Source of the DNA: Bradymonadia bacterium | Lineage (GTDB): Bacteria; Myxococcota_A; Bradymonadia; UBA7976; UBA1532 | DNA length: 64,000 nt | Direction of reading: 5' to 3' | NCBI GenBank assembly: GCA_046290225.1 | Contig: JBKAGE010000077.1 | Coordinates: 106,313-170,312, forward strand | Part shown: one piece after another, positions 46,434-56,694 of the stretch | Position numbering within the stretch: the stretch's first letter is position 1 | Layout: the number at the start of each line of letters is the position of its first letter | Position numbers and translations under genes: made by a program | The notes under the pieces: model-generated | What the model was told of the DNA's origin: nothing | Database searches by the model: none | Seen by the model: the letters and a program-made list of their open reading frames with translations, nothing else

Positions 46434-47048
46434 ATGCCCGCCATCGACGAGAAGACCCAGCGCAGGCTGGAAGAGATCTTGGGTCATGCCCTCCCAAAAA
46501 CCGCCTCAGGGGCTCTCGACCTGCGCGACGCCGATCTTCGAGAGGCTGAGCTCGAAGACGCCCACCTCCAAGGCGCCCACCTTCAAAAGGCCGACTTCCA
46601 AGACGCTCACCTGAACTGCGCGAACCTTCAGGCAGCCCAACTTCGCGGAGCAGACTTCCAATATGCTGATCTGAGTGACGTCGACTTTCGCGGCGCTGAT
46701 CTCCGAGATGCGGGCTTCGAAGACGCCGACATTCAAGAAGCTGATTTCCGAGGGGCCCACCTCACGGGGGCCACAGGGCTCCCCGACTGGGTGATGCGCG
46801 GGCTCGACTCGGCCGGGCGCTTCACGCTCACGCAGCTGGTCTCGGCCATCAGGTCAGGCTTCGGTGAACTCTCGGGGGCCAACCTGCGCGAAGCCGACCT
46901 TCGAGGGGTCGCGCTCCAACACGCTGATCTCTGGGGCGCCAACCTGCAGGGCGCAATCCGCAGCGCAGAGGATCTGGTCCCTGAAGGCTGGACAGCACAA
47001 CCCCGCTCAGATGATCCTGACAGCGTCTCCCTGCACAGAGCGAGCTGA
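46434..47048 (+). CDS. Pentapeptide repeat protein
   Basis: A(D/N)LxxA(D/N)F repeats. Confidence 0.9.
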   Translation: MPAIDEKTQRRLEEILGHALPKTASGALDLRDADLREAELEDAHLQGAHLQKADFQDAHLNCANLQAAQLRGADFQYADLSDVDFRGADLRDAGFEDADIQEADFRGAHLTGATGLPDWVMRGLDSAGRFTLTQLVSAIRSGFGELSGANLREADLRGVALQHADLWGANLQGAIRSAEDLVPEGWTAQPRSDDPDSVSLHRAS

Positions 47049-47050
47049 GG

Positions 47051-47656
47051 GTGAGGTGGCTCGACAACATCCGCCACGCCAAGCGACTGTATCGCGCTGA
47101 TCCCGGGGCGCATCTGGGCGACGTCGCTGTGCTCAAGTGCGACGCTTTTGGCGTAGACGTTCGGCCACCTCTCCGAGAAGCGCTGGCCCCTGTGCGCGGG
47201 TGGATCCCAGAGGTCGATTTGGATCGACTCGCCGAGCTGCCGCCGAACACGTTTGGCCACGCTCTGGCCCGCTTCATGCGCCAGAACCAGCTGCACCCCT
47301 TCGTCATCACCGACGAGATCCCTGATGACATGCGCCGGCGAAATGCCTTTGGCATCCGCTACGCCACGACCCACGACATGTTCCACGTGTTGCTGGACTT
47401 CGACACCACCTGGGTGGGCGAGATGGGCGTGCTGGCCTTCGCGGTGGGTCAACGCTACACACGCTGGCAGGCCCTCGGCGCTGCCCTCGCGTGGCTCATC
47501 TACTCGGTGCGCTCGGGCTTCAAGCTGCGAGCGCTCTGGCGCGCATGGCGTCGCGGACGCGCTGCGGGCCGTCGAGCCCCCTTCTTGTTGGGCCTGCGTC
47601 TGGAAGAGCGGTTCGAGAGCGACTTGAACGCTCTACGTCGAGAGCTGAGGCTTTGA
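47051..47656 (+). CDS. Coq4-like protein
   Basis: LAELPPNTFG and THDMFHVLLDFDTTWVGE (HDxxH..E) motif. Confidence 0.8.
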   Translation: MRWLDNIRHAKRLYRADPGAHLGDVAVLKCDAFGVDVRPPLREALAPVRGWIPEVDLDRLAELPPNTFGHALARFMRQNQLHPFVITDEIPDDMRRRNAFGIRYATTHDMFHVLLDFDTTWVGEMGVLAFAVGQRYTRWQALGAALAWLIYSVRSGFKLRALWRAWRRGRAAGRRAPFLLGLRLEERFESDLNALRRELRL

Positions 47657-47687
47657 CGTACTGGTTACGCGTCGAAGTGGGCAATTG

Positions 47688-47880
47688 TGAAGGCTGTGGC
47701 TGAGCCTTTGTAGGCAGTCGTCGCTGCGCTCCGCCTGCGTAGGCAGCTCTGTCGGCCGGCCTTCGGCCCGCCTTGGAGCTGCGTACACGTCGGCACGCTC
47801 GCTGGCGCGAGCAGGCCTCCGGGTAGGCAGGGTCGCTCAAGGCTTCGCCTTATTCGCTCGCTCCCCTGCGTAAAAAGTCA
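47688..47880 (-). repeat. Left arm of inverted-repeat element, copy 2
   Basis: Direct repeat of 690-884 with a rearranged central hairpin. Confidence 0.92.
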
Positions 47881-48012
47881 GTTCTGGTGTGGCGTTTGTG
47901 CTGCTTCCAACACTGTTGAGGCTTTCGCCGAGCGCTGAGGCTCAGAGGCTTGCACGTTCGCGGTAGGTCGAGTCCCAGGGGGCTTCAGCAACAAGATGCA
48001 GAAGAAGCTCTA

Positions 48013-48191
48013 TACGCAGGGGAGCGAGCAAGAAGGGCGAAGCCCTGAGCGACCCTGCCTACCCGGAGGGGTTCCGCGTAAGCGGATGCCCGAACGTGTA
48101 CGCGCCAGACGAGGCGGTCCGCAGGACTGCCGAAGGCCGGCGCCTACGCAGGCAGAGCGAAGCGATGACTGCCTACCAAGGCTCAGCCACA
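48013..48191 (+). repeat. Right arm of inverted-repeat element, copy 2
   Basis: Direct repeat of the 1362-1547 arm. Confidence 0.92.
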
Positions 48192-48335
48192 ACGCCCGTC
48201 ACAGACCAGTGACGGCCTCGACCAACCCGCCAAGGCCAAACAAAAAAGACAAATCCAACCCACCTGAGAAAAGAAGATCTCGCCCACCCTGTAACCCCCT
48301 CCTGAGCACCAAACACACCTTCTCAGGAGGATCAC

Positions 48336-48983
48336 ATGACCATTCGAAACACCACACGCGCCCTGACCTCGAGCGCCCTCGCCTTCGCCGCCCTGTTGAT
48401 CTCGACGACGGCCCTCGCCGCCCCCGAGACCCATGACGGCTTCTCGTTCCAGGCGAACCTCGGCCCGGCGGTACAGTCATGGCAGCTGGAATTCGACAAC
48501 GGCGGCGGCGATGAGCGCTACGCCGTCAGCGGTGAGGGCATGCTCTTCGACTTCACCTTCGGCGGCGCCGTCACAGAAAATTTGATCTTGTTCGGACAGC
48601 TCAGCACCGTCTCCACCGTGGGCCCCGACATCGAACTCGAATCCAATGGCAGAGCCCGCACCTTCAGGGATGACACCATCGCGGCGACGGCGACGTCGTA
48701 CGGCTTCGGCGCGATGTACTACATCCCATCGCTCAACATGTACGCGGGGGGTTCGGTCCTCACCACCCGGGCGCGCCTTGGGGCCCATGGCCTCACCACC
48801 ACCAGTGATCGAGGCCTCGGGCTGCACCTGCGTGTGGGCAAGGAGTGGTGGGTGAGTGAAGATTGGGGCCTGGGCATCGCCGCCCACGCCTTCGGCAACC
48901 AGATCCCCACCACCCACACCGATGAGGGTGAGCAGATGGGGATGACCACCTTCGCTCTGACTTTCTCGGCGACCTACAACTGA
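48336..48983 (+). CDS. Small outer-membrane beta-barrel protein
   Basis: AGGAGG RBS, signal peptide, HDGF motif, GKEWWVS, C-terminal FSATYN. Confidence 0.75.
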   Translation: MTIRNTTRALTSSALAFAALLISTTALAAPETHDGFSFQANLGPAVQSWQLEFDNGGGDERYAVSGEGMLFDFTFGGAVTENLILFGQLSTVSTVGPDIELESNGRARTFRDDTIAATATSYGFGAMYYIPSLNMYAGGSVLTTRARLGAHGLTTTSDRGLGLHLRVGKEWWVSEDWGLGIAAHAFGNQIPTTHTDEGEQMGMTTFALTFSATYN

Positions 48984-49099
48984 TCGCATCGGGGCTCTCC
49001 CCAGCCCCCGCTCAGCAGAAGCCCCCGGTCGACGCCGTGACTCTCCCAATCCACGACATCAACCGGGGGACGACGCGTCTCTCCCCGTATGATCTCTGC

Positions 49100-49789
49100 T
49101 CAGCCGCCGAGGGTCTCGGCGATGCCACCGAAGCCACCGTGAACACCCGTGGCGTCCTGACACTCACAGGTCTTGGGGTAGCTCTTGCAGCGCTTGTTGG
49201 TGCCACAGCAGCACGAGGCGCTGCCGTCGTCGGACTCACAGTAGGTCCCGGAGCACCCGTTGCCGCCCTCGTAACCCAGGCGAGGCAGGTTGAGGCTGGC
49301 CCCACCAAAGCTGCGGCTGAAGCTCAGGGCGCTCTTGCTCACCCCAGTGCCATCGGCGGGCTGATCGAGGCTCGGCAGCTGGGCCACAGTGTCGGCGTGC
49401 ACCAGCATGGTGGCGGTGGCGTCGAAGTCGGCCAGGGCGTCGGCGCAGGGCGCCTCGGCGCTGTAGTGGCTGCGCTCACCATCGCCGAAGGTCCACGCCT
49501 CGGCGGACTGCTCCATCACGAGGAAGTCATCACCGCAGACGACATCGAACTGCGCCAGCTCGGGGCTCTGGTCGATGGACAGGCTGCAGATCTCGGCACC
49601 GTCGATTTGCAGTTCGAAGACGTCGACGCCCTTGATGTGTTGTGCATCGAGCACGGTGATCTGGTGGCTGTTGCCCTCGAGATCCTGCGCGGTGAAGCCC
49701 ACCTGGCTCTCCCCCTCGGGGGTGCCACAAGCGGCCAGGGCGATGGTGGACAGGGCAAACAGGTTCCGTACGGCACTCATGAAACGCAT
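49100..49789 (-). CDS. Lipoprotein with Cys-rich C-terminal mini-domain
   Basis: GGGAG RBS, lipobox LAAC, 8 Cys in about 35 residues near the C-terminus. Confidence 0.65.
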   Translation of the reverse strand: MRFMSAVRNLFALSTIALAACGTPEGESQVGFTAQDLEGNSHQITVLDAQHIKGVDVFELQIDGAEICSLSIDQSPELAQFDVVCGDDFLVMEQSAEAWTFGDGERSHYSAEAPCADALADFDATATMLVHADTVAQLPSLDQPADGTGVSKSALSFSRSFGGASLNLPRLGYEGGNGCSGTYCESDDGSASCCCGTNKRCKSYPKTCECQDATGVHGGFGGIAETLGG

Positions 49790-49955
49790 GGTGAACTCCC
49801 TCATGTGATGTGTGTTCGAGCCGACCCCTCGCCGGCCTCATAAGTGGATTCGCTCGCCCTGCGAAATCTCTGACAAAAAATTTTCGATTTTCGAAAAAAG
49901 GCCGCACATCGTGGGCAGTGACGATGTAACCACGCCTTCCTGCTGGGGCCTGCTC

Positions 49956-50873
49956 TTACCGGCGTACGGTGGGGATCTCGCTGAACCTCGCCTTGAAGAA
50001 GTCGATGAAGGCCCGATGCCTCGGAGCCAGGCGGTGGGCCTCGGGGTAGACCACGTGCATTGGCAGCGCTGGCGGCAGCCAGTCGTCGAGCACCGTTTCC
50101 AAACCTTGAGGGGCGAGGTGGGGGCCGTCGGGCTCGCTGCAGAACAACCAGCTCGGGGCCAGGGCCACCCCGAGGCCCGAGAGCGCCGCCGCCCGAATCG
50201 CCTCGGCGCTGTCAGTACTCACCCTGCCCTTCACGGGGACCTCGATGATCCCTTCGGGGCCCTCGAACCGCCAGCGCGGACCCGATGCCGACCCGTTGAA
50301 GACGACGCAGTCGTGGTGGACGAGATCATGTGGGTGACTCGGCCGGCCCCGACGATCGAGATAAGTCGACTCTGCGATGGCGATGCGCTGGGTGCGGCCC
50401 ACGCGGACGGCCTTGAGCGCGTTGTCGGTCAGTTGCCCGATGCGAACAGCGAGATCGATCCCCGAGGCCACGAGGTCGACGACTTGATCACTCATCGAGA
50501 GCTCTACCTGCACGCCGGGGTGTTCGGCCATGAAGGCCGGCAGGTGCGTCATGATCACCAGACGCCCGAATGCCGCTGGGCACGCCACCTTGATCACCCC
50601 TTCGACGGCCTGTTGTCGCCGACCCATCTCCGACTCCACGGCGTCGAGCTCTGCGATCAGCCGCTTGCAGGTCTGGTAGTAGCGTGCCCCCTCGTCGGTG
50701 GGTGTGATGTGGCGGGTGGTCCGGTGAAGCAGCCGCGCGCCGAGGTGCGCCTCAAGCTCGGCGATGCGCCGGCTCACCGTGGGTTGGGAGCTGCCCACCT
50801 CACGGGCCACGGCGGTGAAACTCTGCCGCTCCACCACTCGGGTGAACAGCTGCATGGCTTCCAGTCGATCCAT
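49956..50873 (-). CDS. LysR family transcriptional regulator (CrgA-like)
   Basis: SFTAVARE..SQPTVSRRIAELEAHLGARLLHRTTR, DLAVRIG. Confidence 0.93.
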   Translation of the reverse strand: MDRLEAMQLFTRVVERQSFTAVAREVGSSQPTVSRRIAELEAHLGARLLHRTTRHITPTDEGARYYQTCKRLIAELDAVESEMGRRQQAVEGVIKVACPAAFGRLVIMTHLPAFMAEHPGVQVELSMSDQVVDLVASGIDLAVRIGQLTDNALKAVRVGRTQRIAIAESTYLDRRGRPSHPHDLVHHDCVVFNGSASGPRWRFEGPEGIIEVPVKGRVSTDSAEAIRAAALSGLGVALAPSWLFCSEPDGPHLAPQGLETVLDDWLPPALPMHVVYPEAHRLAPRHRAFIDFFKARFSEIPTVRR

Positions 50874-50875
50874 TG

Positions 50876-50890
50876 ATTCACTCAGCGAAT
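50876..50890. promoter_or_regulatory. Putative LTTR box
   Basis: ATTC-N7-GAAT (T-N11-A) next to the lysR start. Confidence 0.5.
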
Positions 50891-50986
50891 GGGTATCATT
50901 CAAAAACAGGCCGTTACCGACAAAAAAAGCATGCGTAAAGATGAGCGAGTCAGCAATCAAAACCCTTCTCACACGGAGACTGAACC

Positions 50987-51469
50987 ATGCGTCATCTGCT
51001 GAGCCTGCTGCCCGCCCTCCTCGCTTTCTCGACCCTCGCCACCACCGCCAGCGCCGCTCCGGCGGCCAAGGAGATGGCCCGCCACGCCGAGAAGAGCGCG
51101 GCGCTGGGCGGCTACTGCCCCGTGGCCTATGCCATGGCGGGCAAGGCCATCAAGGGCGACAAGGCCTACGCCTCGACCCACGATGGCAAGACCTACTGGT
51201 TCGTGAACGCTGATGCGAAGGCCGCTTTCGACAAGAGCCCCGAGAAGTTCCTGCCGGAATATGCAGGGTACTGCGCCACGGGCATCGCCTTTGGTCAGAA
51301 AGTCGCAGTGGATCCCACGCAGTTCTCGGTACGCGAGGGCCGCGTGTTCCTCTTCAGCAACGCCGAGACCAAGGCGATGTTCGATCGAGACGCCGAGAAG
51401 CTCACCACCAAAGCCGACACGCAGTGGAAGGCCATCAGCGCGCAGCACTCCTCGCTCCAAGGGCGCTAA
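50987..51469 (+). CDS. YHS-domain periplasmic protein
   Basis: GYCPVAY, YWFVN...FDKSPEKFLPEYAGYCA. Confidence 0.88.
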   Translation: MRHLLSLLPALLAFSTLATTASAAPAAKEMARHAEKSAALGGYCPVAYAMAGKAIKGDKAYASTHDGKTYWFVNADAKAAFDKSPEKFLPEYAGYCATGIAFGQKVAVDPTQFSVREGRVFLFSNAETKAMFDRDAEKLTTKADTQWKAISAQHSSLQGR

Positions 51470-51540
51470 GAGGCCCTAACAAAACAGCTCCCGTCGCCAG
51501 CCTGAGGTAGAGTGCCCCACTCTGCCGAAGGAGCCTGGCC

Positions 51541-52617
51541 GTGCACCGCCTCTGCATTCTGCTCACCCTCGCGCTTTTCTCAGGGTGTGACGACGCGTCC
51601 TCGGATGATCCGCCGCGATCTGACGCTGAGCCCATAGCAGATGCGATGCCCGACTCGGGCGACCCCCAAGTGGACATGGGCACCCCTGACGCGACCTCAC
51701 CTGATGCGGGGCCACCTGAGACTGACACCTGGCGCCGGCCTGAAAACCGCACCGCCTGTGATGATGGCTATGGCCGCCCTGAAGAGACGGGCACGCTGAG
51801 CTCTGGTCTGAAGGAGATCTCCGGCCTGGCCACCTCGGCCCTCGGGCCTGATCGCCTCTGGGCCCACAACGACTCTGGTGACGAGGCGCGGTTGTATGGC
51901 CTCGACACTGAGGGCAGGGTGGTAGAGCAGGTGACGCTGCTCCGCAAAGACGGCTCATCGGTGACGGCGGTGGACTTCGAAGATCTCGCCGCGGCCCCGT
52001 GTCCAGACGGCAATGGGGCCTGCCTTTGGGTGGCCGACATCGGAGACAACCCGATGAACCGGGACGGCGAAGACCGCCTCGAGCCCCGGCTCTACATCGC
52101 CCGAGAGCCCCCGCCCGGCATCGACACTCTCGAGGTCGACTGGCACATCACGCTGGACTATCCCCGAGCCCCCATGGACTCGGAGGCGCTGGTGGTGGCG
52201 CCTGACGGTCAACGCTTCGCCATCATCGAGAAGATCGACGACGCCGAGGCCGAGGTGCTCCTGTCAGAGGGTGTCCTGCCCACAGAAGGGACACTGTCGA
52301 TGGTGAGCGTGGGCCGCCTTCGGAGCCCTGGGGTACAGGTCGAGCGCGGCCGGATGATCACCGCAGCAGATCTGCACCCCACAGGCACACGGCTGGCGGT
52401 TCGGGTGTACACAGGCACATTCGAGGCCACCCTCGATGGCGGCTTCGACGCGTTGCGCGCCCCTGAAGATCTGACCTTTGAGCGCGTAGCGCTGGGGCCA
52501 CTCTCCGAGCCTCAGGGCGAGGCAGTCACCTATGACGGCCTGGGCACTGGGTTGTGGACGGCCTCGGAGAGCGACGACACCCCACAACCGCTGCACCACT
52601 ATCCCTGTCAGGACTGA
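51541..52617 (+). CDS. Beta-propeller lipoprotein
   Basis: Lipobox FSGC; EISGL, HNDSG, DFEDL, ADIGDN, QGEA repeats. Confidence 0.7.
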   Translation: MHRLCILLTLALFSGCDDASSDDPPRSDAEPIADAMPDSGDPQVDMGTPDATSPDAGPPETDTWRRPENRTACDDGYGRPEETGTLSSGLKEISGLATSALGPDRLWAHNDSGDEARLYGLDTEGRVVEQVTLLRKDGSSVTAVDFEDLAAAPCPDGNGACLWVADIGDNPMNRDGEDRLEPRLYIAREPPPGIDTLEVDWHITLDYPRAPMDSEALVVAPDGQRFAIIEKIDDAEAEVLLSEGVLPTEGTLSMVSVGRLRSPGVQVERGRMITAADLHPTGTRLAVRVYTGTFEATLDGGFDALRAPEDLTFERVALGPLSEPQGEAVTYDGLGTGLWTASESDDTPQPLHHYPCQD

Positions 52618-52620
52618 TCG

Positions 52621-55341
52621 ATGGGCATCATCGAGCGCATCACCCGCAACCCCTGGCCGAGCATCGTCGCCGCCCTGGCCGTGACGCTGTTCAGCGCTCT
52701 GGGCGCCCTGAACCTGCAGATTTTCACCGCCCGCAAGGCGCTGTTCCCCAAAGACACCCCAGAGCTGGTGCGCCTTGAGCGCTTTTTGACGAAGTTCGGC
52801 GCCGCCACAGATCTCATTGTGGTCCTCGACGGCGGTGATCGGGCGACTCGAAACGCCTTCGCTGAAGAGCTCTCGATGATGCTCACAGCTGATCCGCGCA
52901 TCAGATCGGCGACCTGGAAGATCGATCCGGACTTTTTCTTCGATCGCCTCTGGCTGCTGCTGCCCCAAGAGGTCATGGCCTCGTTGGCCAAGGCGCTGCC
53001 TCAACTCGAGCCGTTGCCCAAAGATCACGTCACAGAGCTGATGAACTTCGGCATGGGCAAGCTGCCACCACTCTCCGAAGAGCAGTTCGACGTACTGCTG
53101 CAGCAGGCAGAGGCCGCCCTCAAGGTGACGTCTCTGCTCGGAGATCCGCTGCGCTTCGTGCCCGATGCCGAGCGCGTGGAGGGGGCTCTGGTGGGGGCGG
53201 CGACGATCTGGAGTCGCTGGCTCGCCGACGAGACGGCCCCGAAGACCCTCGATCTGGGGCCCTTGCTCGAAGGCGTGGGGGCCGCCCAGCTCGTCGACGG
53301 CACCTTCACGAGCCACGACGGCACGCTGTCGTTCATCTTCGTACGGCCCACGGACATCTCCGAGGAGCTCACCTCCCTCGGGCCCTTCGTAGAAACCACT
53401 CGAAACATCGTAGATCGAGCGACCGCGAGCTGGCATGCCGCCGATCGTGGCCCACCGACGACTGCCCTCACGGGCATGCCCGCGGTGGTCTACGAGGAGT
53501 TCTCCACCCTGCAGGCCGACGTGCCCAAGGTGGCGGCCATCGCAGGCAGCCTCATCGTGCTGCTGATCCTCGGCTGGCTGCGCTCGATCCGCCGCGCTGT
53601 GGCGATCTTCGTGCCCATGGGCCTCGGGGTGGTCTGGAGCCTGGGACTGGTCTGGTTGACCGTGGGCCACCTCACCCTGCTCACCTCGACGTTCACAGCG
53701 ATCTTGTTCGGCCTGGGGGTGGACTACGGCATCTTCATGAGCGCCCGCATCCTCGAAGAGCTGGCCCGAGTGGATGCTGACGATCCCGAAGCCCGCCGCC
53801 AGGCGGTGGTCCGGGGCGCCCGGGCAAGCGTACGCCCTCTCCTGGTGGCCGGCGGGGCCACGGCCCTCATCTTCTGTGCCCTGATCCCTTCGAACTTCAC
53901 GGGCTTTGCGGAGCTGGGGGTGGTGGCGGCGAGTGGGGTGTTCCTGGTGATGCTGGCCACGGTGTGGGTGCAGCCGGCCCTGTTGATTTTGCTGCCCCTC
54001 AAGCCCACCGCCTCCTCAGCTGAGCAGTCGACCGCGCCGGCGAAGACTCGCCCTGGTCTCTCCCGCGTGCTGGTGCTGGGGGCGCTCCTCACCGCTGGCG
54101 CGGGGATGTACGGGGCGCTCCAGGTGAGCTTCAACCACGATCTGCTCACGCTGCTGCCCAAGGGCTCGAAGGCGGTGGAGTATCAGCGTCGCATGACCGC
54201 GGAGAGCGATTACAACGCCGAGGTGGTCATCTTCACGGCCCCTGACCTGGCGTCGGCCCGAGCGCTGGAAGAGAAGGCCCGGGCGCTGCCGGTCATCGCC
54301 CAAGTGCAGGGCCCCTCTGCCCTGCTCCCTGCCGACGGCGCCGTCCGGGCAGCCACAGCTCGTCAGATCGGCGCCCTGGCCCAGGCGCTGCCGAAGCAGG
54401 TTGAGCGCTGGCGGCTTCAACTCAATGTGCTGCACATCAAGCGGCTCGAGGCGCTGGTCGCTCAGCTGATCCCGCTCTTCGAGGGCCGGCCGGCCCTCTC
54501 TTCGGCGTTGAAGACGCTGCGCCAGAGCCTCGCCAACCCCAGGGCTCAGGCCCGCAGTCAGATGTTGTTCCACGCCGTGCGACAACGGGCGGTGCAAGAG
54601 GCTCACAGGGTGGCCGCGTGGACCACAGCCAAAGCGCCGACCCCTGACGACCTGCCCCCGGCGATCCGCGATCGCTTTTTCGCCCCCGACGGCACGGTGG
54701 CCCTGTACGCGGCCCCGAAGTACTCGGTGTACGACCCGGATCGCCTCGCAGAGCTGAACCGCCAGATCTACACGGTGAGCCCCGAGGCCACGGGCTTCCC
54801 CACCACCCACAAGGTCTTCTCGGCCATGGTGGTGGAAGACTTCGTAGGTGGATCTCTGCTGGCCCTGGTGGTGGCCCTGCTCTGGATCATCGTGGTGCTG
54901 CGCCGCTTGAGGCCGGTGGTGCTCGCGGCCCTGCCTCTGGTGCTCGGCGGGATCTGGATGCTGGGGATCTTTGCGCTGACGGGTCTTCAGTTCGACTTCG
55001 CCAATGTGGTGGCCCTGCCCCTGGTCATGGGCCTGGCGGTGGATTACGGGGTCTGGCTGGCCCACCGCATCACAGATCACCCTGAAGAGGGCCCCTGGGC
55101 CTCTGCCCGAGCGGCAGGACGCCCGATTCTACTGGCCGCAGCGACGACGTTATCGGGCCTGGGTGCGGTGATGACGGGGCAATACGCCGGCATGGTGGGG
55201 GTGGGCCGCTCGGTGACCATCGGGCTCACGGCCTGTGTGATCGCCGCGCTGGTCATTGCCCCTGCGGTGGCGGCGGTGTGGCGGCGGCCTCGTCAGAACC
55301 CCGCGTCGGCCTCCGACAGCAGCTCTTCCACCTCCCACTGA
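52621..55341 (+). CDS. MMPL transporter (HpnN-like)
   Basis: ILFGLGVDYGI and GLAVDYGV motifs. Confidence 0.85.
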   Translation: MGIIERITRNPWPSIVAALAVTLFSALGALNLQIFTARKALFPKDTPELVRLERFLTKFGAATDLIVVLDGGDRATRNAFAEELSMMLTADPRIRSATWKIDPDFFFDRLWLLLPQEVMASLAKALPQLEPLPKDHVTELMNFGMGKLPPLSEEQFDVLLQQAEAALKVTSLLGDPLRFVPDAERVEGALVGAATIWSRWLADETAPKTLDLGPLLEGVGAAQLVDGTFTSHDGTLSFIFVRPTDISEELTSLGPFVETTRNIVDRATASWHAADRGPPTTALTGMPAVVYEEFSTLQADVPKVAAIAGSLIVLLILGWLRSIRRAVAIFVPMGLGVVWSLGLVWLTVGHLTLLTSTFTAILFGLGVDYGIFMSARILEELARVDADDPEARRQAVVRGARASVRPLLVAGGATALIFCALIPSNFTGFAELGVVAASGVFLVMLATVWVQPALLILLPLKPTASSAEQSTAPAKTRPGLSRVLVLGALLTAGAGMYGALQVSFNHDLLTLLPKGSKAVEYQRRMTAESDYNAEVVIFTAPDLASARALEEKARALPVIAQVQGPSALLPADGAVRAATARQIGALAQALPKQVERWRLQLNVLHIKRLEALVAQLIPLFEGRPALSSALKTLRQSLANPRAQARSQMLFHAVRQRAVQEAHRVAAWTTAKAPTPDDLPPAIRDRFFAPDGTVALYAAPKYSVYDPDRLAELNRQIYTVSPEATGFPTTHKVFSAMVVEDFVGGSLLALVVALLWIIVVLRRLRPVVLAALPLVLGGIWMLGIFALTGLQFDFANVVALPLVMGLAVDYGVWLAHRITDHPEEGPWASARAAGRPILLAAATTLSGLGAVMTGQYAGMVGVGRSVTIGLTACVIAALVIAPAVAAVWRRPRQNPASASDSSSSTSH

Positions 55342-56498
55342 CGCAAGCCCAACAGGTACAACACCCGGTCGAGGCCCCCAGCGGAGAGCGCCGTGTCCGC
55401 CGCAGCGTAGACTCGGGGCTTGGCGTGGAACGCGATGCCCAGGCCCGCTCGGGCGAGCATCTCGAGATCGTTCGCCCCATCGCCCACAGCCACCGCCTGC
55501 TCCAACAAGATGCCTTCGCGCTGAGCCAGCGTGTCGAGCAGGTCGGCCTTACGCTGGGGGGTCACGATGGCCCCCTTCAGCTGGCCCGTGATCACGCCGC
55601 TCTGCACTTCGAGGGTGTTGGCGAAGGCGTCGTCGAGACCCAGACGGGCCTGCAACATACGGGCGGCGAAGGTGAAGCCGCCGCTGATGACCGCCGTGGT
55701 AAAGCCCAGGGCCTTGAGGGCCTGGATCAACTCCCGGGCGCCAGGGGTGAGGGGCAGCGCCTCCGCCACTTCACGGGCCCGGGTCACAGAGAGCCCCTCC
55801 AGACGGCTCACGCGGGCCCGCAGGCTCGCCTCGAAGTCCAACTCCCCTGCCATGGCGCGGTGGGTGATGGCCGAGACCTCTTCATAGACCCCGTGGGCGC
55901 GGGCCAGCTCGTCGATGACCTCCGCCTGAATCAGGGTCGAGTCCATGTCGAAGACGATGAGGCGCTTGCGGCGACGGGTGAGGCGATCAGGCTGCACCGC
56001 GATGTCGACGTCTTTGTCGGACAAGGCTGCCAACAAGCGACGGCGCAGAGCCCCTGGCTCCATCTCTGCGGGCAGCTCGCAGATCAGCTCCATGCTGTGC
56101 AGCGGATCAGTGGACAGCCGATGGGCCTGGGCGATGTTGGCCTGCTCCTGGGCGAGGACCTCGGTGAGCTGTTGCACCCCCTCGGCGTCGAGGCCGTCAC
56201 CGATGGCGGTGATGGCCATGCGCCCTGCTGAGGGTCGAGGGGCCTTGAAGGCGATGGGCCGGGCGTCGATCTCGAGCTCGAAGCGCGACGCCACCGCGCG
56301 GAGATCGGCCATGCACTCCCCAGTGAGCCCGTCGACGACGAGACACAAAATCAAACACCCCTGCACCACCACCTGCTCGATGTCTCGCAGAGGTACGCGA
56401 TGCTCGACGAGGGCCCCGGTGAGGGCCGCGGCGATGCCGGGGACGTCTTGCCCAGTGACGCGGACGAGGGTGTGTTGCTCGGATGCTGTGCTGCTCAT
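55293..56498 (-). CDS. serB: Phosphoserine phosphatase with ACT domains
   Basis: FDMDSTLI, SGGF, GDGANDL; N-terminal ACT motif GQDVPG. Confidence 0.93.
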   Translation of the reverse strand: MSSTASEQHTLVRVTGQDVPGIAAALTGALVEHRVPLRDIEQVVVQGCLILCLVVDGLTGECMADLRAVASRFELEIDARPIAFKAPRPSAGRMAITAIGDGLDAEGVQQLTEVLAQEQANIAQAHRLSTDPLHSMELICELPAEMEPGALRRRLLAALSDKDVDIAVQPDRLTRRRKRLIVFDMDSTLIQAEVIDELARAHGVYEEVSAITHRAMAGELDFEASLRARVSRLEGLSVTRAREVAEALPLTPGARELIQALKALGFTTAVISGGFTFAARMLQARLGLDDAFANTLEVQSGVITGQLKGAIVTPQRKADLLDTLAQREGILLEQAVAVGDGANDLEMLARAGLGIAFHAKPRVYAAADTALSAGGLDRVLYLLGLRQWEVEELLSEADAGF

Positions 56499-56694
56499 GA
56501 TCCTCTCGTGTGGGTCGTGTCCACCGTGCTGGGGACTGTAGCAGACTCTCCGAGACACCCCCGAGGCTGGAAGGTGACGTTGCGCGCTCATCTGCTCACA
56601 GGCTGAGCCGACCTTGACGGTGTCAGGCCCCCGTGATAGCCAGAAAACCTAGATCCTGGGCCAAAAACCCTGGTTACCCCCCCGGAGCTCTCGC

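Noticed and set aside
47520..48436. Similar small ORFs at 590-844/47520-47840 and 1438-1635/47996-48436 as a protein family
   Set aside because: They are translations of the repeat arms; variation follows hairpin structure rather than codon positions
55293..55341. Convergent 3' overlap of the MMPL gene and serB
   Set aside because: Short tail-to-tail overlaps are common in GC-rich genomes, and the overlapping residues are low-complexity
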